A program made the position numbers and the translations under genes. From Trichinella spiralis (lineage: Eukaryota): a stretch of DNA of 62,781 nt. How positions within the stretch are numbered: the first letter of the stretch is position 1; the number at the start of each line of letters is the position of its first letter. Shown here in pieces: positions 39,343 through 51,208 of the stretch. The stretch spans positions 6,850,122-6,912,902 of the forward strand of contig NW_003526943.1 of NCBI RefSeq assembly GCF_000181795.1. The letters run 5' to 3'. Under the pieces are notes generated by a model. It searched no databases. It was not told the DNA's origin and was given only the letters and a program-made list of their open reading frames with translations.

Positions 39343-40650
39343 TTAAGCAGTTACTGCTGGACAAAAAACTAAATATGTTTTCTGCACTAGGCAAAGCATT
39401 AAAGAACATGTTTTATGACGGAGCATGCTACTAGCATCTGAGACACGTCGATCACCAATGGTGGAGCAAATCGAATTATATTTCCATGCGTGATTTTGGC
39501 TAAAAGTCGATTTTTTAATAAGCGAATGCATAATTCTCAAGCATCATAGCCACTGTTGATTTCTATTGCGTTGAGAAGACCCTTGCCGCAAACAGCTTTT
39601 AGAATTGCACTTGGCAAGCCATGCGTTTGTTGATGAAAAAGTTATTCCATCTTAAAAGCGTTAGAAGCTAAATTTTCTTCATCGACAACTATTACAGCAA
39701 CCATCGTAATTCGGCAAGCTAATAGATTACCTCCAAAAGTAGAGCTCTTCTGATCTGGCTAAATGTTAAGCATAATTGAATCATCACACAAAACCGTCAA
39801 AATTAGATAACAACCGCATAATACCGTTTTATCCAAAATAAGGATGTCATTATGAACATTCTCATAGTAAGAACACAACCATTTTCCTGTCCGTCCTAAC
39901 CCTGTTTGAACTTCATCTACAATCAATAAAACGTTATACCTCGGACAAACTTCAGCAACTTTTCTCAAATAACCACCATCTTCTGCCGCCCTGACGCCTG
40001 CTTCACCTTGAATAGGTTCAACCATAAAAGCAGCAACATTATTACCATTCGTGTTCAGCACTTTTTCAAGAGCCGCCGGATCATCGTATGGAATAACTTT
40101 GAAATCAGGCATAAAATACCAAACCCATAATAACATTCCTAATCCGTGCTTGATGAGACAGCGACTAATGATCTTCCCCAAAATTTGTCTTCAACAAATA
40201 TCACTTCAGCTTTATTTTCTGGGACTTACTTCGCATCATATGCCCAACGTCGAGCAAGCTTCATTGCACTCTCACAACCCTCAACGCCGGAATTGATGGG
40301 TAACAGTTTGTCATAACCAAACAAATTTGTCATAAATTTTTCATATTCTCCTAAAACATTTGAATTCGTCCCACGTGAGCAAAGTGTCAGCCTACCATCC
40401 TGCTTTTTTAACGCTTCTATAATTTTCGGATGACAATGGCCTTGGTTAACTGCTGAGTATGCAGAAAGAAAATCAAAGTAAAGTCGTCCATCTACATCCC
40501 AGACAAAAATGCCCTCACCACTCTCCAACGCCACTGGCAGTGGCTTATAATCATGTGCATCATGCTATGCTCCGAAATCAAACATGGTTTGTGAATTTGA
40601 ACTGATTTCTGCACAGCATAAATACATCCAACCGATGGGAAAAATCTCTG
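39343..40650 (-). pseudogene. OAT: Intronless ornithine aminotransferase pseudogene, copy A
   Basis: [53 protein letters not shown] and [11 protein letters not shown]. In-frame stops near 40226, 40140 and 39759, plus frameshifts. Confidence 0.92.
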
Positions 40651-42851
40651 AGAAACTATGATAGCTGCATATTACAGCTCAACTTGTCGCAACAATTTGT
40701 AAACAACCATAAACAGATTTTCAGGGTCGAATGACATTCAAAAGTGTTAACATTAATTCATATTTACTCTCGATAGAAGTTTATAAAAGTTTGATGGATA
40801 ATTTCACAATGAAAAATTACGTTCATCTTTCAAATCAATTTATATAAGCGCATCCATATATTTCAATCAGTTTCACCTAAAATTCAATCAGTTTATACAG
40901 AAAATAAATTATTATCAATACCAAATCTAAGCAAATAGAAATTGACGTGAAATATTGTTGAAAAAGAGCCAATGGTTGTACAACGAAATCAATTACTACT
41001 GAATGTTGGAGCCTGATATTCGATGAACTGCAATCATCCGTGGATATATGTAGATACGCGTGTGTGTGGGTGAGATATATACGTATTTTTTGTCAGTTAA
41101 TAAACTTAGTCGTCTCAATCGTTTTTTTCTGTGTTTCTTTAAATACTCCCTGTGGCTGCTGTGTTTGTATTTACAAGTCCTACGGCTGCACAATTGTGAT
41201 TTAAGCTGAATCTTAAAAGATCTTTTGTATTTTTGCGTGTTAGACAGCGGATTCATTTGAAGTGTGCTTGTTGCATGTCGACGTTGCATGCAACTTAGAG
41301 TCTACTGAAACAACGTTCAGGAGGAAAGGCTTAAAAAATCTCAACACTGTGGAATCCTGGAATTGTCAACACAAAACATGGAATCGGAAAAACTTCTGAT
41401 TCAGCTTAACGGAGAGAATTAATCTCCATTTAAGTTTGAAATTAAAGCTGTTCTCAGAGCAAGGGACTGCCCTTTCTATCATAATGGAAAACGGTTGTTG
41501 TGATTGCATTCAATCTAAGTCAGCTTTCGAAAAATTATTATCTTTAAGACTTCTCATCCATAGTTATAAAGCTTTAAATAAAAATTTTTACAAAGAAAAT
41601 ATTGAAAATTACTTGACAAATGCATTCCAATGGCATGCTGCAAAGAATTTCTACATGCAATCAGAAGAAAAATCGTTTTTATAACGTAAAATATGAATAT
41701 ATTAAGTGAATAATAAAAATGGTAACTAAAAGTTCAAACTTACAATGCAGCACCGTAGATAATAACTGTTCAATTAGAGAAATAAGCCAATGAGAGTGTT
41801 TCGAATGACAATGAACATAGCAACAAAAGTGGATTAGAGAAAGTGCAATTAAAAATGAGTACGTGCAAATCATTTGTTGTTAATAACGTTATCAAATTAC
41901 AATGAACGAAATTACACATAATTATATTATTATGTCACACCTTCTTAATTATTGGGGAGATAACAATGCTAAGACTTAAACAAAAGTGAATGAACATCTG
42001 GTCTGATATACAACAATAAATTACAAAATTAAGCTAAAGTTTGTTTATCATAACATCTATGTAGGACATCAGTGAAATCTACAGCTGGAAGAACAAAGCA
42101 TTTCTTGTGAACACAAGCAAGTACGGGTCAGTAAGCTTAGCCAATGAAACAGCAGAGAAAACGATATCGTCCTTTGATGTTATGGCATTTAGATGAAACT
42201 CATTCTGCAAATCGGAAGAGCGAGAAGAATGTCGGATGTACGGGACGAGAACAAGGCGCCAAAAACCAACGAAGACGACCGTGCAGCAAAGGGAAATATG
42301 CAGGCACCATCGGTAAAAAAAGAAAAAAATCGTAAGTAGCAAACTTTGACCAATTTGTACAATAAGCAACAGAGGAAAAGTAACAAAATGCACTGAGAAT
42401 CATTTGTACGTGTTGCGTAGGTTCATTGGAGAAGGCATAAAAATCATCTCATCTTAACATCTTCTACTATCAGTGCATAGGCTAGAAATTTAACTGGAAT
42501 TGAATTCATTAATAACATAGGTGATTCTGAAATTTCTTTAATAAGGCTGCTAAAGGGAGTAAAACTGCGGTATACTGCATGACTGCAATGTCATTTTCAA
42601 AATTATTTGCTTTATTTTGTTTTAAGCATCAGAGAGCACTCTAAAGAAGGTTTTGAGCAGAAACAAAATTGCATTTTTAGATGTTCTTTTTTCTTCATCC
42701 AATATATTTTCATTTCATTTCTTTAATTACAACTATGAAATAAAAGAAAACTAAGTTATTTTTGATACGCCATGACACATTAGTTTAAATAACAGCAATT
42801 TCAAATATGATTTACATGCATATGCAACATATGAGATTTCCTTAAATTCAG

Positions 42852-43212
42852 TTACATACCATTCTACAAATATATTAAACAACATGATTGTTTCAGAAAC
42901 AAGTACAAATTTGACAGAGGAAGAAAGGATCATGCTGATGATAAAGGAATCCACAGAAGCATACGATCCAAAATAGTAAGTAAAATACAGAGTTGTGTTC
43001 ATTTATAAATATCATCTTTTAGTTATGTAAAAATTCCTCAAAGGAAAAGAAAATCAGCATGGTCATTTTACTGCAAGCGGTGCAGGAAGGAAGGGCACTG
43101 CATACAGAATTGCCCACTGGTATGTTTATGTCATAATTAAGAAATCAGCTTTATAATTAATGGCAAATTTTCAATTTTTCAGCTGCATTACAAAAGAAGA
43201 AAAGACTGCTAG
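42852..43212 (+). pseudogene. RBBP6/Mpe1-like zinc-knuckle gene fragment, copy A
   Basis: Exons 42852-42975, 43023-43119 and 43183-43212 give NLTEEERIMLMIKESTEAYDPKYYVK...YCKRCRKEGHCIQNCPL. This resembles the RBBP6 post-DWNN linker plus CCHC knuckle. No DWNN or RING domain found, and coding status is uncertain. Confidence 0.6.
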
Positions 43213-43899
43213 TAACAAGTAAAATCTATTAATTATTTAGGCAAATATAATGAAAATAATAATATTTCATTTAAATGTGATTTAATTGTACAATTCACAT
43301 AATCACTGAATCAATCTTTGCTTTTTAATTACTTATTTTTTGCATAAAAGCTCACAAAGTGAGCTGATTTTATAATTGCTCGTTGACTTTAATAATGCCT
43401 TTATTTTGGTGTAAGAATTTCATTTGCTTGATACGTACGGCAGATTTGCATTTTGATGATACAGAAAAACTGACTGCGAATTTTCCAATGTCCTGGTTAA
43501 GAAAAATGAAGAAGCGTGAAAGCCCGGATGCAATAGCTTAAAGCATATTATGCATTTATCATTTACAGTTTGATTGCTAACTGTATATGCTCATCATTAT
43601 TTTAGTATATTATTTGTTGTGTTTATTAATAAAAGTTTTAGTGCATTTGGAAGTACTTGATAAAATAATATTGTTTTGAGGCTGAAAAGGAAATATAATC
43701 GTGGGTAGACTTATAATATTACACATTAGCTTTTAAATGCATATAGTAATTTGGCATCTTTATGTTACAAAAATATATTTAAGAAATTACTATCATCCTA
43801 TGAAAAGCGCAACCAAATTGATGTTAGCTTGTAATGCAAATCCAAGTTTTACATACGTAAATTGTTATTTAAATGAAAATTAAATTGTAATTTGAAGCA

Positions 43900-44290
43900 T
43901 TAGTATTTTCCACGAAAAAGCAGAAAGCCCTTGTTTCCAGCGACGAAGTGTACACATTGACCGTCTTCAAATGTAACTTTCGAAGAAAATTTCCGACCAA
44001 CAATGCAATGCCACGGTGGCATATACTTCTCATCTAATGTTAATTTTATTGCTTTTGCAATCTGAAATAAATATTAGAATTATTTTCACTTTCGCGAAGT
44101 TTAATGAAATAAAAAATAATTTCACATCTCTTTCATCATTATATTTTTCCAACGTGCTAAACGTTATTTTTATGACATCACGCAGCATGCTCATGTCCAT
44201 ATCAAGAAAACACAGCTGAACAACTTTCTTGAATTCCATTTGCAGGGCTTCTTCCAATGTTGTGAAATTTGTTTCACATTCGTTTTCCAT
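43900..44290 (-). CDS. Divergent dynein light chain type 1 (LC8-family) protein, 108 aa
   Basis: Exons 44290-44126 and 44061-43900: ...LEKYNDERD|IAKAIKLTLDEKYMPPWHCIVGRKFSSKVTFEDG..FLLFRGKY*. Confidence 0.9.
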
Positions 44291-45283
44291 TCTCGCACAA
44301 TAAACGGAAAAGCGTGTTGTGCAGGCAAGCAAAATAAAATACTGATTTACAAATTGCACCTTTGAAATTGAAACTACTCGTATTTTAAAGTGTCTGGATT
44401 TAAAGTATTATTCTGTAAATTTTAGCATGGTTTAAACGTAGCTCAAAATGAATTTTCTGGTGCTATTATAATTATTATTACTTTTATTTAATATGCACTT
44501 ATAATAATTCTTCCAGTATGTGCTGCGTGATATGCATAAGAAATGCAAAGCAGCAGTGAAATTGAAACATAGTTTTGTATTATTTATCATTTAATGAAAG
44601 ATCATTTATTTCATTATGTATTTTAGTCAATATGTGAATGAAAAGTAAAAGATGTAAAAGTATTAAACAAATAATTTTGACGATGCTAAGTTAGAACGGT
44701 AAAAATGAAAAGCGACAGGAAGATTAAGCAGTTTGAAAACCCGTGCACTTTAACTGAAGTACTTTAATTCAATAAAATATTTCCTTCCTTGACAATAACC
44801 ATGTTCTGATCTTGCATTTCCTTATACAGTTTTACAAAGAATAATTTATTTCAGTAAAAATAAAATGCCATACAATTTACGTTATTAATAATAATCTTGA
44901 TTAAATTACGCTTTATAATAATATTTGTGACGTTAAATAAGTATTGGCTTAGTTTAGATAATTCCACATTTTTGATCAACACTATTTTATCAGCGATCAA
45001 AATATTATAAATGAGAAATGTGAATGTGAAATCCTTGTTTGAAAATTTCTGGAATTTTCAGCTAAAGCAATTAAATAACATTATTTATATAAACGAATGC
45101 GTAATTTTATTTTATGCATGAAAATTGTAATTCTAATCAAAATCACTTATTGTACAATAAAACGTAAAATTTGCATTTCAAATTAAATCAAAATTCAAAT
45201 TCATTTATTATATAAATGTTTTAATATGTTATTAAACAGCATTTTATAATATCATAATGTGATTGAATATATCCATTGATTGA

Positions 45284-46337
45284 TTAGTTCTTATCGATTA
45301 TTTTAATTGCATTTGTTTTTGGATCAGTCTAAAAAGCAAAAAAATATTATGTTTAAAAATAATTAAGTATTTCAAAATAATATTGTTACATAGATATGAA
45401 CAATTTCAGGGAGTAGTTTATTTTGTGATTCATCCACATTTCGTTTTGTGGACATTTCGCCATCAGCACCGATGATAATCTCTGGTACGATCACTTTGGT
45501 AACAGTTTTCCAATTTATAGTTTTTTCAGGAAATTCTTTGAATTTTTGCATATAATCGGCAGTGTCATCCGGCACAAAGAAACCGTTATTTGTCATGGAA
45601 ATTAATATTTCTTTCATTTGTTTATCATCAACCATGATATCTTTACCAAACACATAATAGATATCTGCTATTTGTTCTATGCTTAACAAATTCAAATTTT
45701 CCAACGCGTTCAAAATCATCTTTAATGCGCATGCTTGTTCCTCATTTTGTAAATTCTATAAAAATGTAGTTATTGCAATTTTGTATAATATTTCAAATTA
45801 AAACAAAATATTTTGCCTAACAGTTGTAGTTCTTAGTTGATATTTCTGATGTTGAAAGGGAAACTTTACCTTAGCATTGGTTTGGAGCTTCAAAATTTCT
45901 GTTTTAAAATCTTGAAGGTTAACACCAACAGGTTCTGTCAAAGGCAGCGGATCATTTTTGTCATTGAGCAAAATTTGTTTTACAGAAGTTGGGTTCAAGA
46001 ATACTTTGTGTGTTTTATCCAGAACTGTCAAATTATTTTTGAAATTTTCATCAACTCCATTTTCCAAACCTAATATTCCTTTGTAAAATTCAGCTAGAAC
46101 TTTCAAAGTAGCCAATTCAGGTGTGGGTTTGTCAATTGATGACCGTTTCACCTTGATTATAAAAATGGAAATAAAATAACTAAAAAATGAAAATTATTAA
46201 CAATTTCTTACGTTGCCCATCAATACTGGATCTTCCAAATGTAACTGTGTTCCCCTTGATGTACCATTATGAGCAATGGTTGATCTAATGGATACAGTCA
46301 CTTTTTTTTGCTTCCGAACATTGCAGTTGTAAGCGAT
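45284..46337 (-). pseudogene. Orphan protein X, copy B (complete exon set, start codon ATG>ATC)
   Basis: Exons 46337-46212, 46151-45822, 45755-45390 and 45328-45284 (~288 codons) are open. The codon equivalent to the ATG of copies A and C reads ATC, with an in-frame TGA four codons upstream. Confidence 0.6.
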
Positions 46338-47110
46338 TGCCTGTTTTCAACAAAATCGAATGGCGGAAAATGTGCAATTTATTAAACCATTCATTGACTA
46401 AAACATTTTTGGCCACACTTTAAATACTTTAAACAAAACATATTTTTTAATGTTACTTTAATATTCTATTTAAAATTGAAGTTATAAATATGGTTCTGTT
46501 TCACTATTATGGTATTAATATACGTAATTTAAATGTTAAATTGAATTTTTATAATTTGAATTATTGTTAATTCTGTGTAACAAAAGGTTGATAAATAGCA
46601 TTGATTTTTTTAGGTAATGAATAGATCCAAAGTAAAAATCATAAATTACACATGTTTATAAAACTTTCAAACAGCGTTCTCTTTTGAACAATTGTAAATA
46701 GTTTTCTTTTTTTTAGGAAAATAGATGTTCTATTATTGCAAAACAGTATATATAGAGATGAAATTTTTTATCGAATACTCAGAAATGTATCCTTTGTTTT
46801 TCTAAAGCGTTTGTTATATTGCTGACAAATTTGTAGCACACATATAAAATATTTTTCAAAGAATTGAATTGCTGATCAAAAAATGTTGACTTCTCAAATG
46901 ATTGATGAATCAAATGATGAAACTCAAGATCAAATTGGTTTCTCAAATCTCAAGAAATTTATTGCAACATGCAATAAACCAGCAGATAATATATTGCACG
47001 ATAGTTTTAATTGTCAGGATATGCAATATAAGCATAATTTCATGTTTTATGACGCATAATGTTTTCTTTACAATTTTCACATCTTTTATAATACTTTAAT
47101 AATTTTTTAA

Positions 47111-50100
47111 AGCCCTGAATGAAGCATCATCAGCAGAAGCCGCCGCTCAGCGTACCCGAGAAGTTCGTGCTTCAGACAACACGTCATGTAACATTTCTCA
47201 AATTCAGGCGAGAACAGCAAAACAAGCTACGATATGCCAGAGCTGCGGAGGCACACACATATGATCTCAGTGTCGTTTCAGAAACGCTCGCTGCAGAGCA
47301 TTTCAGAAAGTCGGGCATATAGCGAATGTTTGCCGGAGCAAAGCGAGCAGACAGAGAAGAACAAACTTCAAGCACACAGCAAACTCATTAGCATCCGTTG
47401 ACAAGATGGCCTGAAGGTTTCTTGATTCACTTCTACTGAACAATCTCAGACCATCGGCAAAACATGATCAATCATGCATATTGTCACGAAAGATTAAAGT
47501 AACAGTTGTTATCGAAAACTTTCCGTACGAAATGGAAATTGACGCTGGCTCAGAATACATTATTCTTTCCGAATACATTTTCCGAAAGGTGTCACAAGGA
47601 AGAAAAATTCAGTTGGAACCGATCACTCTCAAACTGGCAACTTTTCAAGTTGAAATGGTAAAAGTGAAAGGAAGCTAGCTGTTCAGTGAATGTGCAATGT
47701 GGAAATATCCATCGCACACTGACACTTATTGTCGCAAAAGGCCACTGTCCAAATCTGATCGGGCTTAACTAGTTTGAACCTCTTGGCGTACATCTTAGTG
47801 GTGTACATCATTTGACGTGAACTCCTCCACAAATTTCAGAAGTATTGCGAAAATACCAATCTGTATTCACAGAGGAATTGGGTATGTACGTTGGAAAACC
47901 AGTCTCTTTAGACTTGGATCTAAACGTTACCCTGATTTGCATGAAGGCGCGAAAGGTTCCCTTTGCATTAAGAGAAAAGACTGATGCAGAATTGGATAAG
48001 TTGGTTGAACAAGGAGTTCTAGAACCAATGAATCATCCAACACAGTACGCATTTGTGGAGATTACAAATGCACTATAAATAAGGCTTTGAGAAAGCACGC
48101 CTACCCGATTCCTGCTGTCAATCAATTGTTAGCGTCACTTTCAGGAGGAAAAGTCTCGCTAAATTAGATTTAGCACAGGCATATCAACAATTGACAGTTG
48201 ACGACGCTACAGCTGACGCGCAAACAATCATCACTCATCGTGGCGCTTTTCGAGTAAAACGTTTGCAATTTGGCATCAGCGCTGCTCCTGGAATATTTCA
48301 AAAGGTCATTGATAAAACTGTCGCTGGCATTGAAGGAGTGTAGCTATACTTTGATGACATCCGCATTGCAGCGAGTAATGAGCAAGAGCTAGCAGACTGT
48401 CTGGAAACCGTCTTTCACCACTTTGAAAAAGCCGGACTGCGACTTAAATCAGATAAGTGTAAATTCTGTCTTCCGCGCGTTGAATTTTTAGGCTTTAAAA
48501 TTGACGCAACAGGAATCCATCCTGCTAAAGCAAAGGTGCAAGCAATTCAAGACGCTCCGACTCCAAAAAATAAACAACAACTGCAAGCCTTCTTGGGACT
48601 TCTAAACTTTTACCATTCATTCCTCAAGGACAAGGCTACTGTTGCAGAACAGCTACATCGTCTGCTTGACAAAAATGCGAGGTGGATATGGACCAGCAAG
48701 CACGAAAAAGCTTTCAGAGATGTCAAAAGATTGTTGTCATCCGATGCGGTTCTAACACATTACGATGGTAAAAAGCCGTTAGTATTAGTATGCGATGCAT
48801 CGCCACATGGTTCGGCGCCGTTCTTTGCCACAAGTTGTCATCAACGCAAGAAATTCCAATTACGTTTTACTCACGGACATTATCCACGATGGAAAGAAAT
48901 TACGGACAAATTGATAAAGAAGCATTGGCAGTTATTGCTGGCGTAAAGAAATTCCATGAGTATCTGTATGGTCGACAATTCACTATCATAACAGATCACA
49001 AACCACTGTTTGGATTGTTCGTGCCAAAGAAGGAAACACCTCAAATTCTGTCACCAAGAATGTTACGTTGGTCGATTCTTCTGAATGCATACGATTATAC
49101 CATAAATTACCGACCCGGCAAAGAAATAGCAAATGCAGATGCACTAAGTCGTTTGCCAAAGCAGTCGACAGAAAATAACGACTCACACAACCCAGTTATT
49201 CTTTCGTTAGAGACTATAGACAATTCCCCGCTTCACAGCAAGGATATTACACGAATAACTGCAAAGGATCCGATTCTCACACGAGTTTTAAGCTGGGCAT
49301 GGAGGAGCTGGCCGAAATCTGTATCAGATGAACGATTGAAACCTTACGTGACGCGTCAACATGAACTCTCAATTCACAATGGTTGTTTGCTATGGGGCAG
49401 TAGAGTGATCATCCCACTCCAAGCACGTCACAAAATTTTCAAAGAATTGCACATAGGTCATCCAGGCATCGTACGAATGAAAGCGCTTTCCCGAAGCTAC
49501 GTTTGGTGGCCAAAATTGGACAGTGAAATCGAAAATTTGGTAAGAACATGGGAACTGTGCCAACAGTCTAGAGCTTCGCCACCGCACGCGCCTGTGCACA
49601 AGTGGGAATCTCCAAGAATTCCGTGGTCTCGCATACACGTTGAACTAGCAGGCCCCATTTACGGCAAGAATTTCTTAATCGTTGTGGACGCCTTCTCCAA
49701 ATGGCTTGAAGTCAGAGTACTGAAAAACACGACATCCGAATCGGTGATATCATGCTTGAGACAAATTTTTAGTATCCATGGACTCCCTGACATTATCGTC
49801 TCCGATAATGGTACACAGTTCACTTCCCACATCTTTCAGGAATACTTAAACAAAGGTGGTATCAAGCACATCACGTCCGCCTCCTTTCACCCATCGTCAA
49901 ACGGTCAAGCTGAAAGGATGGTCCGTATTACGAAGGAATTCCTAAAGAAGATGACACAACGTGACTGGGAATACGACCTCGCGAATTTCTCATTTTGCCA
50001 ACATGTCACTCCTTGCACGACAGCTGGCAAAAGCCCGGCTGAACTTCTGATGAACCGTAGACTCCGAACTGTTCTGGACCGACTACAACCAGACGTAGAA

Positions 50101-50759
50101 CTGGAAGACCTTGATAAAAATTTTGAAAAGGTACGCACATTCCAAACTGACGATCAGGTATACGCTAGGAATTATTCTTCGGAGAAAACCTGGAAACCAG
50201 CGACATTTGTGACTCAGACAGGCCCACCGTCCTACCAAGTACAGACCGAAGACGGTCAACTGTGGCCCAGACACATAGACCAGGTGAGAAAACGCTATGT
50301 GACTGCTGAACAAAATCACAGTGCAGAGAAAATCGAATCACAGGAAGATAAAACTGGAGAAAAAAACAGTTGAAGCTATACCTGAGGAAGATACAGCAGT
50401 TGTCACAACACCAAGAGAAGAAAGTGCGGCAGCGTCACCATCACCTGATATTGAAAGTGTTGGACAACAGAGATCGTCTACGCGTAAAAGAAGACCGCCA
50501 GAACGGCTCAGAGACTACGAATGTTAAGGGGGAAGGGATGTAATGTATTGTGATTCAATGCAATCAAAAATATCTACAAAAAGAAGGCGCATGAACATAT
50601 TACAGTAGTTTCCACGTCACCAGTGTCTGTGCGTAGGTGTGTTTCCGCGTTCTCTCGGTGTGCATTGTCTCTCTGTGTGAGCGTTATACATTAGCTTGGT
50701 ACTGTGTTGTCATTACAAGTAAAGTCTCTGCATATATTAATCAGTTCACATACACAACA
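47111..50759 (+). mobile_element. 5'-truncated, decayed Ty3/Gypsy LTR retrotransposon
   Basis: Gag knuckle remnant (KVGHIANVC), protease MEIDAGS, RT YFDDI, RNase H (DAS, TDHKPL), then integrase (H..HPG, VSDNG, SNGQAERMV). Stops and frameshifts are present, and the first catalytic Asp reads Glu (HVELAGP). PPT AAGGGGGAAGGGA at 50526-50538. Confidence 0.95.
50539..50759 (+). repeat. 3' LTR of the Gypsy element
   Basis: TG..CA directly after the PPT, with an AGTAAA signal. Host homology to copy A resumes at ~50763. Confidence 0.8.
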
Positions 50760-51208
50760 CACACATTGATCTGAACAATACAACGGAGGGTTCATTTATA
50801 TGAGTGATGTGTATTTATGGCCTACTTATTTGCCTTATTATTCAGCGAAAGATCAAAATAATTTTTAGATATAGTGTTAAAGCATCCACACATTTAAAGT
50901 AATCAAATAATGTCATAAAACATAATGCTAATATATCATTCAGTTTAACTGGGCATATAAAATAAATAAAAAATATTTGTATTGATATACTAGAACAGTG
51001 AAGTCAAAAAATCAATGAAAGTTTTCAAAGATATTATGCATTAATAAGCACAAATTAAGAATTTTGTAAGTTGTTTCAACATAAAATTTATGCAATTAAG
51101 ACTCTTCAAATATGCCATAATCAAATATGTTTATGCACCTATTATGTAATCTGCGACATTTATATTAAAATGTGTCTTTATCAGTCTACGAAGGCTCATT
51201 TAATAAAG

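Larger units (their letters stand above)
32190..43205. repeat. Segmental duplication, copy A
   Basis: 32190-40950 aligns by eye to 45842-57190, apart from the Gypsy replacement. 42190-43205 aligns to 59270-60285. Confidence 0.92.

Noticed and set aside
39343..40650. Bacterial horizontal transfer of the intronless OAT
   Set aside because: The motifs are compatible with animal OAT, and nothing in the sequence alone favours a bacterial origin. A phylogeny would be needed.
42079..42403. Overlapping short ORFs (also at 59232-59587)
   Set aside because: The frames are not conserved between the duplicates and no domain is recognisable.
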